The notes beneath the pieces were generated by a model. It was given only the letters and a program-made list of their open reading frames with translations. It did not search any database and was not told the origin of the DNA. A DNA stretch of 64,000 bases from Candidatus Eiseniibacteriota bacterium (lineage in GTDB: Bacteria; Eisenbacteria; RBG-16-71-46; SZUA-252): assembly GCA_963703225.1 (NCBI GenBank), contig OY969801.1:2592001-2656000 (forward strand), in the 5' to 3' direction. Below, one piece after another: positions 9,891 to 18,677 of the stretch; the first letter of the stretch is position 1; every line of letters starts with the position of its first letter. A program made the position numbers and the translations under genes.

Positions 9891-11018
9891 ATGGTGCCCG
9901 CCGCCCGGACGTTCCGTCTCCTACTCCCTCTCATGTTCCTGGGGCTCATTCCAAGCGGATGCTCCGACGCGCCGAACCCCCTCGCGCCGACAACCTCGGG
10001 GGACGCCGGCGGGCTCCAAGCGGCAGCCGGCTTGGGCGTCGAGACGATCTTTGGTGAGGAGTTTCGTGACAGTCGGGGGGCCCTGCTCCAGAACATCTGG
10101 CCGAATGACGACGGCCGGTCCTGGACCTACCGAATCGACCAGCGGTTTTGGGACAGGCCCGAGCCACGACTCTACTCGACGCCAGGAGAGGCCCCGCCGG
10201 CGCCGAGCCTGAGCCGGGTCGCGGCGCTCTTGCTCCACCATCCGATCGGCGCGAACCCGATCGCTTCGGCCGCGGGGTACAGGCTGCAGTTCAACGGCAT
10301 GAAGACGACCCTCTCGGGCGCCGTGGGACAGAATCTCGAGGCGACGCTTTTCGATCTGGCGGCGCCGGTGAGTGTCGTTCCCAACCGACTGCCGGCGCCG
10401 GCGTCGCCCGCGCCGCCCGCGGGATTTCTCCACGCGCTCTCCTTGGCGCGGCCCGATCTGGCGGCCAAGATCGCGCAGCGTTGGCCGAGCTCGGTCCGGC
10501 CCAGCGCCGCCAGGGATTTTACCGACGTGGACCCACCGACGTTCCTGTTCGGCTACGCATGGGTCAAGACGCGCGAATTCATCGGCAGCTACGGCGATCT
10601 CAATACGGACATCGCGTGGAAGTACCTCGTGGCGAACCTTCGCCCGGGAAGCACGTTCCATATGCAGCTCGTTCCCGACCTCGCCGACGACGTCTTCCTC
10701 CACGCGCGGGTGCTCCCGGATCGTTCTGCCGGCATGGCAAGAGTGATACGTCGGGGCGCCGTCGAGGTGCTCTACGTCATCGATTTCGGGGCGAGCGTGG
10801 CGACGGACGTCGACGGCAACGTCTTGGGGTCCTCCCGAATGTACTCGTACGGGACGATCACCTATGTCCCCTACGTGGGCCCGGTCGCGGGCTACGAGCG
10901 CGCCCTCGTGCAGGCGGGGCGCCCCCTCGATCCGGGTGTGCTCGATCTCACGATCCGCCTCACGGCGACCGAGCCGGGAGGCGCGGCTAATTTGGCTTCG
11001 ACCGCGGCGGCCGAGTAG
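9891..11018 (+). CDS. Hypothetical lipoprotein
   Basis: AGGAGG SD; hydrophobic leader ending in PSG-C; no family recognised. Confidence 0.6.
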   Translation: MVPAARTFRLLLPLMFLGLIPSGCSDAPNPLAPTTSGDAGGLQAAAGLGVETIFGEEFRDSRGALLQNIWPNDDGRSWTYRIDQRFWDRPEPRLYSTPGEAPPAPSLSRVAALLLHHPIGANPIASAAGYRLQFNGMKTTLSGAVGQNLEATLFDLAAPVSVVPNRLPAPASPAPPAGFLHALSLARPDLAAKIAQRWPSSVRPSAARDFTDVDPPTFLFGYAWVKTREFIGSYGDLNTDIAWKYLVANLRPGSTFHMQLVPDLADDVFLHARVLPDRSAGMARVIRRGAVEVLYVIDFGASVATDVDGNVLGSSRMYSYGTITYVPYVGPVAGYERALVQAGRPLDPGVLDLTIRLTATEPGGAANLASTAAAE

Positions 11019-11103
11019 CGAGCCTTCCACCGGCTCCGTAGGTCGTCCACACCGTGACTCTCGGTCACGGTATGCGGCACACTTTCCGCGGCTGGACTAG
11101 GCC

Positions 11104-11130
11104 ATAACTTATTATATAATAGCAGTTTAT
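11104..11130 (+). promoter_or_regulatory. AT-rich palindromic element containing TATAAT
   Basis: Perfect palindrome TATTATATAATA 11110-11121 with TATAAT at 11115-11120, in a GC-rich background, 100 bp before ATG 11221. Confidence 0.5.
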
Positions 11131-11220
11131 TCGAATATTCCGCCCCCGGCACACCCGTTGCTCTTACCCGCTCTGAAGGCACGGGGAGTCCCCCCCAATC
11201 GCCGGAAAGGAGCGGTCCCA

Positions 11221-11859
11221 ATGAACGCGAATTGGACGTCAAAGAGAGTCACGGTACTCGTGGGCCTGCTCAGCGCCATCATGCTGCTGGGCGGCGCCAG
11301 CTCAGCCCAGGCTGAACAAGGAAAGTGGTGGAACCCCAAGGAGGGTGGGCAGCGCCCCGCGCGGCGTGAAGCGTACCGCGCCCCCGCGCGGCATGACTCG
11401 TATCGGGCCCCCACGTGGCGCGCGCCGCGGTACGTCGGCCCAGGGCAGCGTTATTCCCGCTCCTGGCGCGGCTACCGCGTCTACCGCGATCGCGTTTGGG
11501 TAGGACCGGGTTGGGGCTATCACGGCCGACCGGCCTATGGATGGCGGTATTACCGCGCGCCGGTTTACTACTACCCTCAGCGGACTTGCTACGTCCGCCC
11601 GCTCCGGTTCTTCATCTCGGCCGGCGCGGTCATTGGAGGCGTGAGCGTTCATGCCGAATATGCCGATCCGGGTGACCTCTACGGCTGCAATTTCTGTGAC
11701 GCGCGGTTTACCAGCTACCACGCCTACGAGGCGCACGTCGCGCACTGCTCGCATGCGCCCGATGGATATCGGGTCGTGGCGCACGATTGGGATTCCGGAG
11801 CTTGGGACAACAGCGGTGGGCGGGACGAGCAGAACTGGAGCTACGAAGACGAAGACTGA
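11221..11859 (+). CDS. Secreted Arg/Tyr/Trp/Gly-rich protein with a C2H2-like motif
   Basis: AAGGAG SD; signal peptide ending AQA; CNFCDARFTSYHAYEAHVAHC; acidic C-terminus. Confidence 0.7.
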   Translation: MNANWTSKRVTVLVGLLSAIMLLGGASSAQAEQGKWWNPKEGGQRPARREAYRAPARHDSYRAPTWRAPRYVGPGQRYSRSWRGYRVYRDRVWVGPGWGYHGRPAYGWRYYRAPVYYYPQRTCYVRPLRFFISAGAVIGGVSVHAEYADPGDLYGCNFCDARFTSYHAYEAHVAHCSHAPDGYRVVAHDWDSGAWDNSGGRDEQNWSYEDED

Positions 11860-11913
11860 TTGAGATCGCGGTCCGGGCGCCGGTCCAAAGGCGCCCGCGA
11901 AGCCACCCCCCGG

Positions 11914-11953
11914 AGCCGGCGCGACACCCACGTCGCGCCGGCTGCTTTGTCTT
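11914..11953 (+). terminator. Rho-independent terminator candidate
   Basis: Perfect 12-bp stem AGCCGGCGCGAC/GTCGCGCCGGCT, 6-nt loop, followed by GCTTTGTCTT. Confidence 0.6.
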
Positions 11954-11989
11954 CCCCGGTGTGGTAGGCTTTGCGGGGTTTTCGGCGTC

Positions 11990-12775
11990 TTGAAATCGAT
12001 GGAGCGGCTCTCAGGAACGACCGCGTTGACGCGAACGAACGAAGCGATCGCGAAGGATGGATTTGGGGCGACGGACCGCCGGGACGCCTGGTGGGTCGCG
12101 CCGTTCGCGGTGGCCGCCGCGCTAGGCATATTGGGGCTCTATCTCACCTGGGCCGCGGCGCAGAACGCGCATTTCCGCTTCGGCGGATACCTCTCGCCCG
12201 TCTATTCCCCCGAAATCCACCCCGGCTGGTGGCCGCTCTCGCCCGCGTTCTTGATCCTGATCCCGCCGCTCCTGTTTCGAACGACCTGCTACTACTATCG
12301 AAAGGCCTACTATCGCGCATTCTTCTGGGACCCGCCCGCGTGCGGCGTGGGCGAGATGAAGCGGAAGTACACGGGCGAGGTAAAATTTCCGTTCCTGCTC
12401 CAGAACATGCACCGTTTCGCCCTCTACCTGGCGATCTTCTGGCTCATCTTCCTCTGGCGGGATGTCTGGGACGCGTTTCATTTCGACGGCCGGATGGGGA
12501 TCGGCCTCGGCTCGCTCGCGGTGCTCGCGAGCACGGGGACGCTCACCCTCTACACCACGTCGTGCCACTCCTGGCGCCACCTCGTCGGCGGGAACCTCGA
12601 CTGCTTCTCGTGCTCCGCTTCCTCGCGGGCGCGCCATGGGATCTGGCAGCGGGTCACCGGCCTGAACGAGCGGCATCAGCTCTACGCATGGGTCTCTCTT
12701 TTCGCCGTGACCGGAGCCGACGTCTACATCCGTCTCCTTTCGATGGGCATCCTTCATGACCTGAGATTCCTGTGA
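11990..12775 (+). CDS. Succinate dehydrogenase membrane anchor, mycobacterial Sdh1 (Rv0249c)-like; start may be ATG 11999
   Basis: TCYYYRKAYYRAF, DPPAC, QNMHR and CHSWRHLVGG motifs; GTGA overlap with sdhA. Confidence 0.85.
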   Translation: MKSMERLSGTTALTRTNEAIAKDGFGATDRRDAWWVAPFAVAAALGILGLYLTWAAAQNAHFRFGGYLSPVYSPEIHPGWWPLSPAFLILIPPLLFRTTCYYYRKAYYRAFFWDPPACGVGEMKRKYTGEVKFPFLLQNMHRFALYLAIFWLIFLWRDVWDAFHFDGRMGIGLGSLAVLASTGTLTLYTTSCHSWRHLVGGNLDCFSCSASSRARHGIWQRVTGLNERHQLYAWVSLFAVTGADVYIRLLSMGILHDLRFL

Positions 12776-14505
12776 GCCCGTTCAAGACCCACGATTTCGA
12801 CGTCTTGGTCATCGGCGCGGGCGGCGCGGGGCTTCGCGCCGCGATCGAGGCATCGGCGGCGGGAGCCAAAGTCGCCGTCGTGTGCAAGTCCCTCCTCGGG
12901 AAGGCCCACACGGTGATGGCCGAGGGAGGCGTCGCCGCGGCGCTGGCGCACGTCGACTCCAAAGACTCCTGGAAGGTCCACTTCCGCGACACGATGCTGG
13001 GCGGAAAGATGCTCAACCACTGGCGCATGGCGCAGCTCCACGCGCAGGAGGCCCCCGACCGCGTCCGCGAGCTCGAAGAATGGGGCGCCGTCTTCGACCG
13101 GACCCCGGACGGCCGGATCTTGCAGAGGAATTTCGGCGGCCACAGCGCGCCGCGCCTCGCCCACGTGGGAGACCGGACCGGCCTCGAGATGATCCGCACG
13201 CTGCAAGACCACGGAGTCCACCAGGGCCTCGAGGTCTTCATGGAGTGCACCGTCACGAGGCTCTTCACCGACGCCGGCCGCGTCGTCGGTGCCTTCGCCT
13301 ACTGGCGGGACACCGGACGGTTCGTGGTGTTCCGCGCGAAAGCGATCGTCCTGGCGACAGGGGGGATCGGGAAGGCCTACCGGGTCACGTCCAATTCCTG
13401 GGAATACACGGGGGACGGCCACGCGCTGGCGTATGAGGCGGGCGCCGAGCTCATCGACATGGAATTCGTGCAATTCCACCCCACGGGAATGGTCTGGCCG
13501 CCGGGCGTCCAGGGCCTTCTGGTGACGGAGGCCGTGCGCGGCGAGGGCGGCCTCCTCCGAAACTCGAAGAACGAACGCTTCATGGAACGCTACGACCCCA
13601 AGCGGATGGAGCTCTCGACGCGCGACTTGGTCGCGCGCGCGATCTACACCGAGGTGAAGGAAGGCCGCGGGTCGCCCCACGGCGGCGCGTTCCTCGACAT
13701 CTCGCACAAGCAAGCGGAGTACGTGAAGAAGAAGCTCCCGTCCATGTACCACCAGTTCATGGAGCTGGCGGACGTCGACATCACCCGAACGCCGATGGAG
13801 GTGGGCCCCACGGCCCACTACATCATGGGTGGCGTGCGCGTCGATCCCGACACAGGGGCGGCCACGGTTCCCGGGCTCTACGCGGCCGGGGAGACGTCGG
13901 GCGGGATGCACGGCGCGAACCGACTCGGAGGAAATTCCCTCTCCGATCTCCTGGTCTTTGGCCGCCGCGCCGGCCGGGGAGCCGCCGATGGCGCGAAGAA
14001 GGTCCCGGGGCACTCGACGATCGATCCCGAGCTGTTGAGGGCCGCGGAACGCGAGATGCTCGCTCCCTTCGAGCGGACCGGGGGCCCTACCCCGTACGAC
14101 CTCCACGCAAAGCTCCAAGCGACGATGGAGTCGTTGGTCGGAATCTTCCGGGTCGAGAGTGATCTGGAGAAGGCGATTCAGGAGCTCGGCGCGCTGGAGC
14201 GGGAAGCGGCGCGGGTGGCCGTCACGGGCGCCCGGGAGTTCAACCCCGGCTGGCACCTGGCGCGGGACCTCCGCTCTATGCTCCTCTGCAGCCAGGCGGT
14301 CGCGCGAAGCGCCCTCCTCCGCAAGGAGAGCCGGGGCGGCCACGCGCGCCTCGACTACCCGAATCTCGATCCCGAACTCAGCAAGAAGAACTCCGTGGTG
14401 AGGCGCGATGGAGACTCGATGAGCGTGACCCAGGCGCCGCTCCCCGAGATGCCCGCGGAGCTTCGATCGATCGTGGAAGCCGAGCTCGAAGCGGTGAAGG
14501 TCTGA
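12772..14505 (+). CDS. sdhA: Succinate dehydrogenase/fumarate reductase flavoprotein
   Basis: GAGGAG, AHTVMAEGG (FAD-attachment His), QFHPTG, HYIMGG, HGANRLGGNSL, ESRGGH. Confidence 0.95.
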   Translation: MSPFKTHDFDVLVIGAGGAGLRAAIEASAAGAKVAVVCKSLLGKAHTVMAEGGVAAALAHVDSKDSWKVHFRDTMLGGKMLNHWRMAQLHAQEAPDRVRELEEWGAVFDRTPDGRILQRNFGGHSAPRLAHVGDRTGLEMIRTLQDHGVHQGLEVFMECTVTRLFTDAGRVVGAFAYWRDTGRFVVFRAKAIVLATGGIGKAYRVTSNSWEYTGDGHALAYEAGAELIDMEFVQFHPTGMVWPPGVQGLLVTEAVRGEGGLLRNSKNERFMERYDPKRMELSTRDLVARAIYTEVKEGRGSPHGGAFLDISHKQAEYVKKKLPSMYHQFMELADVDITRTPMEVGPTAHYIMGGVRVDPDTGAATVPGLYAAGETSGGMHGANRLGGNSLSDLLVFGRRAGRGAADGAKKVPGHSTIDPELLRAAEREMLAPFERTGGPTPYDLHAKLQATMESLVGIFRVESDLEKAIQELGALEREAARVAVTGAREFNPGWHLARDLRSMLLCSQAVARSALLRKESRGGHARLDYPNLDPELSKKNSVVRRDGDSMSVTQAPLPEMPAELRSIVEAELEAVKV

Positions 14506-14515
14506 GGGAGGATCG

Positions 14516-15256
14516 ATGAAGGAGGCCGTCTTCCACGTCTTTCGAGGAAACGCCGAGGCCGGATCGATGCAGGAGTACAAGGTGGCCGTCGAGGAGGGGA
14601 TGGTGGTCCTCGACGCGGTCCACCGCATCCAGGCCCAAGCCGCCCCCGACCTCGCGGTGCGGTGGAATTGCAAGGCGGCCAAGTGTGGCTCGTGCAGCGC
14701 CGAGGTGAACGGCAGGCCCAAGCTCATGTGTAAGGCCCGGCTCGACTCGCTCCCCTTGGACCAGCCGATCACCGTGAAGCCGATGAAGTCCTTCCCCCTG
14801 ATCAAGGACCTCGTGACCGACGTGAGCTGGAATTACGAGGTCAACAAGAAGATCCCCCCGTTCACGCCCAAGAAGAACGCCGAGTGGCGCTGGAAGCAGG
14901 AGGACATCGATCGCGTCCAGGAGTACCGGAAGTGCATCGAGTGTTTCCTCTGCCAGAACGTCTGCCATGTCCTCCGCGAGCACGGCGAGAAGGCCCATTT
15001 CGCGGGACCGCGGTTCTTCGTGCGGGTGGCGGGCCTGGAGACCCACCCCATGGACGCCCTGAACCGGACCAAGCTGCTGAAGGAGACGATGGGGATCGGC
15101 TACTGCAACATTACCAAGTGCTGCACCGAGGTCTGCCCCGAAGACATCAACATCACCGACAACGCCATCATTCCCCTCAAAGAACGGGTCGTGGACGACC
15201 ATTACGACCCCGTGCTCAAGATATTCCGCCTGGTGACGGGCAAGAAGGAGCCTTGA
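14516..15256 (+). CDS. sdhB: Succinate dehydrogenase iron-sulfur subunit
   Basis: CKAAKCGSC...C, CIECFLCQNVC and CNITKCCTEVCP cluster motifs; GGAGG SD. Confidence 0.95.
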   Translation: MKEAVFHVFRGNAEAGSMQEYKVAVEEGMVVLDAVHRIQAQAAPDLAVRWNCKAAKCGSCSAEVNGRPKLMCKARLDSLPLDQPITVKPMKSFPLIKDLVTDVSWNYEVNKKIPPFTPKKNAEWRWKQEDIDRVQEYRKCIECFLCQNVCHVLREHGEKAHFAGPRFFVRVAGLETHPMDALNRTKLLKETMGIGYCNITKCCTEVCPEDINITDNAIIPLKERVVDDHYDPVLKIFRLVTGKKEP

Positions 15257-16437
15257 GCCCGCGTCACGCCCTTCCGCTGGCCGTTTGCCTCCTCCTCCTG
15301 GCCTCCTGCGACAGCAACGAATCGAGCCCCGCCACGATGCGCCCGCCGGCAGCGCCGTCGGGATATCTGGCCCAGCGGATCGCCACCGGGCTTTCCCAGC
15401 CGGTGGATCTCGCCGCGCCCCCGGGTGATACCGCCAGGGTTTTCATCGTGGAAAAGACGGGGACGATCCGGATCGTAAAGAGCGGACAGCTGCTGGCCCG
15501 TCCTTTCCTGAACATCGGAGCCTCGGTCAGCGCGGGCTCGGAGCAGGGGCTTCTCGGCCTTGCGTTTCATCCTCAGTACTCCACCAACGGGAAATTCTAC
15601 GTGGACTACACCGACCGGGCAGGCGACACGCGCGTGGTGGAATACGTGGTCTCCTCCGATCCCGACACGGCTTCGGCCACGTCGCGCGAGATTCTCTTCG
15701 TCGATCAGCCGTTTCCCAACCACAACGGCGGCCAGCTCGCGTTTGGGCCGGATGGATTCCTCTACATCGCGCTCGGCGACGGCGGGGACGCCGGCGACCC
15801 TCGGGGAAACGGACAGAATCTGAACGCGCTCCTCGGAAAGATACTGAGGCTCGACGTCGATTCGGGGTCGCCTTATGCGATCCCGGCGAGCAATCCATTC
15901 GTGGGACAGGCCGGGCGACGCGGGGAGATCTGGTCGTACGGCTTACGGAACCCGTGGCGGTTCAGCTTCGACCGCGGAAACGGCGACATGTACATCGCCG
16001 ACGTCGGACAGAGCGCCTGGGAAGAAGTGGATTACGAGCCCTCCACCACCGGCGGTCGAAACTACGGCTGGAACAAAATGGAAGGTCGCCACTGCTATCC
16101 TCCCAATGCCGCGTGCAGCTCGCTCGGAATCACGCTCCCGGTCACGGAGTACAACCACTCGGCGGGCTGCTCGGTGACGGGCGGCTGTGTCTACCGCGGC
16201 GCGCTGATCCCGGAGCTCCAGGGCACCTACTTCTACGGCGATTACTGCACTGGGCTGATCCGGAGCTTCAAGATCCAAAACGGCCTCGCGACCGAGGAGA
16301 TGGATTGGACGGGGGTGCTCCGCACCCAGGCGGGCGGCGCGATGAGCGGGCTGTCGTCCTTCGGGCTCGACGGCGCGGGGGAGCTTTGCCTTGTCCTTCT
16401 GGCTGGAGAGGTTTACCGGCTGGTCAAGAGTCCGTAG
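15253..16437 (+). CDS. PQQ-dependent sugar dehydrogenase-like (glucose/sorbosone dehydrogenase) lipoprotein
   Basis: Lipobox LAS-C; GLLGLAFHP, NHNGGQLAFGPDG, GLRNPWRFSFD; TTGA overlap with sdhB. Confidence 0.88.
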   Translation: MSPRHALPLAVCLLLLASCDSNESSPATMRPPAAPSGYLAQRIATGLSQPVDLAAPPGDTARVFIVEKTGTIRIVKSGQLLARPFLNIGASVSAGSEQGLLGLAFHPQYSTNGKFYVDYTDRAGDTRVVEYVVSSDPDTASATSREILFVDQPFPNHNGGQLAFGPDGFLYIALGDGGDAGDPRGNGQNLNALLGKILRLDVDSGSPYAIPASNPFVGQAGRRGEIWSYGLRNPWRFSFDRGNGDMYIADVGQSAWEEVDYEPSTTGGRNYGWNKMEGRHCYPPNAACSSLGITLPVTEYNHSAGCSVTGGCVYRGALIPELQGTYFYGDYCTGLIRSFKIQNGLATEEMDWTGVLRTQAGGAMSGLSSFGLDGAGELCLVLLAGEVYRLVKSP

Positions 16438-16440
16438 AGG

Positions 16441-16938
16441 CTACCCGTCGCCACCGACAGCTCGGCTCCTTCGCTCGAGCAGCAGCACGTCCCGCCAAAC
16501 CCCGTTCATCCTTCCGATCCGCTCCCGCCGCCCGACGTCCCGGAATCCACACCGCCGATGCAGCGCGAGGCTCGCTTGATTCTCCGGAAAGATTCCGGCC
16601 TGCAGCGTCCAGATGCCGGCGCGCTCGGAGGCTTCCACGAGGGCCTGAAGCAGGCTCTGGCCCACGCCCTTCCCGCGCGCCGCGGCCGCGACGTAGATGC
16701 TCAGGTCCCCCACGCCTTCGTAGACGCACCGGCCGGAGACCGGCGTGACGGCGGCCCATCCAAGGATGCCTCCCCGTCCGTCCCGGGCGACGAGGCGCGG
16801 CTCGCTCCGGTGCGCCGCGTCCCACGCCTCCCAGCTGGGAGCATCCACCTCGAACGTGGCGTTTCCGGTCGCGATCCCCTCGACATAGATCGCCCGGACC
16901 TGCGCCCAGTCGGCAGGTTGCATCGGCTCGATCCGCAT
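16441..16938 (-). CDS. GNAT N-acetyltransferase, phosphinothricin acetyltransferase (Pat/YncA)-like
   Basis: IYVEGIATGNATFE, RGKGVG, GIFPENQASLALH, WRDVLLLERRS; ATG 16938. Confidence 0.9.
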   Translation of the reverse strand: MRIEPMQPADWAQVRAIYVEGIATGNATFEVDAPSWEAWDAAHRSEPRLVARDGRGGILGWAAVTPVSGRCVYEGVGDLSIYVAAAARGKGVGQSLLQALVEASERAGIWTLQAGIFPENQASLALHRRCGFRDVGRRERIGRMNGVWRDVLLLERRSRAVGGDG

Positions 16939-16944
16939 GGCGGC

Positions 16945-16956
16945 GAGTGTATACTC
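16945..16956. promoter_or_regulatory. Overlapping divergent -10 elements (bidirectional leaderless promoter)
   Basis: GAGTGTATACTC: TATACT (+) 7 nt before GTG 16963 and TACACT (-) 7 nt before ATG 16938. Confidence 0.65.
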
Positions 16957-16962
16957 TGGAGT

Positions 16963-17961
16963 GTGATTTCGCCTCTCCCGCGCGCTCACCGCCTCCACGC
17001 CGGAACCCTCCCTACCGTCCTCGCGATGGCGCTCCTTTCGCTCGGGTGCGCGCGCGACAAGAGCCACGTGGTGGGAAGCGGCACCATCGAGCTGGACGAG
17101 GTGGATATCGCATCGCTCGTCGGCGGCAGGCTCCAGCGTCTCTTCGTGACCGAAGGGGACAGCGTCCGCGCCGGGGACACCTTGGTGGTGCTCGCGCACG
17201 GCGAGATCACGGGTGAGGTGGAGGCCGCGACGGCCGAAACCGAGCGGGCCGAGGCGCTCTGGCGGGACCAGCAGACAGGGCCCCGCGCGGCGGAGCGGAA
17301 GACCGCTCGGGCCGAGCTCGACGCCGCCACGACGTCGCTCAAGCTCGCGGATTCCGAGCTCAAGCGGACGGAGGGGATGTACCAGCGGCAGCTGGTCGCG
17401 GACGCCGACGTCGACCGCGCGCGCGCGGCGCGCGACGAGGCGGCGGCGCGGCGCGCCGCGGCGGAAGAGCGGCTGGCGCTCGTCGAGAGCGGGTACCGGA
17501 GCGACCAGATCGTCGCGGCGCGGCAAGCGGCGCAGGCGGCGAAGGGAGAGCTCTACTCGAGCAAGGCCAAGGCGCACGAGCTGATCCTCACGGCGCCGAT
17601 CCGCGGGGTGGTGCTCCTCAAGAACGTGGAGCAGGGCGAGGTGGTCGGCCCCGGCGTCCCGATTCTGACTCTGGGGAATCCCGACCGGCTCTGGATGCGT
17701 TGTTACCTGGCGACGCCCGAGGTCTCGCGAATCCGAGTGGGCGCGAGGGCCGAGGTGCGGGTCCTCGGCTGGAAGGGGCGAACCTTTCCGGGACGAGTCG
17801 TCGAGATCGCCACCCGCGCCGAGTTCACCCCCCGCTCGGCACTCACCGAAGAGGAGCGCGCGAGCATCGTCTTCGGCGTCAAGATCGCCCTCGATCCCAC
17901 CGGTGGAATCCTGAAGCCGGGACTCCCCGCCGACGCCCGGATCGAAACCGTGACCCCGTGA
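16963..17961 (+). CDS. HlyD/YbhG-like periplasmic adaptor (membrane fusion) lipoprotein
   Basis: Lipoprotein-like leader ending SLG-C; EGDSVRAGDTL, coiled coil, LTAPIRG, AEFTP, LKPGLPAD. Confidence 0.9.
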   Translation: MISPLPRAHRLHAGTLPTVLAMALLSLGCARDKSHVVGSGTIELDEVDIASLVGGRLQRLFVTEGDSVRAGDTLVVLAHGEITGEVEAATAETERAEALWRDQQTGPRAAERKTARAELDAATTSLKLADSELKRTEGMYQRQLVADADVDRARAARDEAAARRAAAEERLALVESGYRSDQIVAARQAAQAAKGELYSSKAKAHELILTAPIRGVVLLKNVEQGEVVGPGVPILTLGNPDRLWMRCYLATPEVSRIRVGARAEVRVLGWKGRTFPGRVVEIATRAEFTPRSALTEEERASIVFGVKIALDPTGGILKPGLPADARIETVTP

Positions 17962-18677
17962 TCTCGGTCCGGGGGCTCTCCAAGCGCTTCGGGCCGATCC
18001 TTGCGGTGAACGAAGTCTCCTTCGAGATCGGGCGGGGCGAAATCTTCGGCATTCTCGGCCCGAACGGATCGGGCAAGACAACCACGATACGGATGCTCTG
18101 CGGGCTCCTCCGACCCACCTCGGGGACCGCCGTCGTGGCCGACGTCGACGTCGTCCAAGATCCCGATCTCGTGAAGTCGAGGATCGGATACATGTCGCAG
18201 TCGTTCGGCCTCTACCGCGACCTCACCGTGGAGGAAAACCTCCGCTTCTACGGCGGTCTCTACGGGATCGATCGGGACTGGCGCCCGCGGGCCCAATGGG
18301 CCATGGAGACGATGCTCCTCTCCGGTGAATCCCGCCGCCTCGCCGGCACCCTCTCGGGCGGCAACAAGCGGCGCCTCGCGCTGGGGTGCGCGCTCCTTCA
18401 CGAGCCGCCGGTGGTCTTCCTCGACGAGCCCACCGCGGGCGTCGACCCATACGCGCGACGGGTGTTCTGGCAGATCATCCGCGGCCTCGCGGCGCGCGGT
18501 ACGACGATGATCGTCACGACCCACTACATGGACGAGGCGGAGCGCTTCGATCGGTTGGCGTTTCTTTCCCAGGGCCGCCTCAAGGCCGTGGGAACGCCGG
18601 CCGAGGTCAAGGCCTCGTTCGGAGCTGGCTTTACGCTCGAGGATATCTTCATCGCGCTCCAGGAGAAGGAGTCATGA
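17958..18677 (+). CDS. ABC transporter ATP-binding subunit (YbhF-like)
   Basis: GPNGSGKT, LSGGN, FLDEPT, TTHYMDEAE; GTGA overlap. Confidence 0.92.
   Translation: MISVRGLSKRFGPILAVNEVSFEIGRGEIFGILGPNGSGKTTTIRMLCGLLRPTSGTAVVADVDVVQDPDLVKSRIGYMSQSFGLYRDLTVEENLRFYGGLYGIDRDWRPRAQWAMETMLLSGESRRLAGTLSGGNKRRLALGCALLHEPPVVFLDEPTAGVDPYARRVFWQIIRGLAARGTTMIVTTHYMDEAERFDRLAFLSQGRLKAVGTPAEVKASFGAGFTLEDIFIALQEKES

Noticed and set aside
12754..14805. Long antisense or off-frame ORFs (e.g. 12754..14805-, 7270..9021+, 37929..39746-, 41366..43246+, 58223..60730+)
   Set aside because: They shadow well-supported genes, are Arg/Gly/Pro-rich with no motifs, and are expected in high-GC DNA
14884..18081. Long N-terminal extensions on the GSDH, Pat-like and HlyD ORFs (likewise the BCCP, M16 and SPFH ORFs elsewhere)
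   Set aside because: They overlap neighbouring genes; shorter starts have SD, -10 or stop-start overlap support
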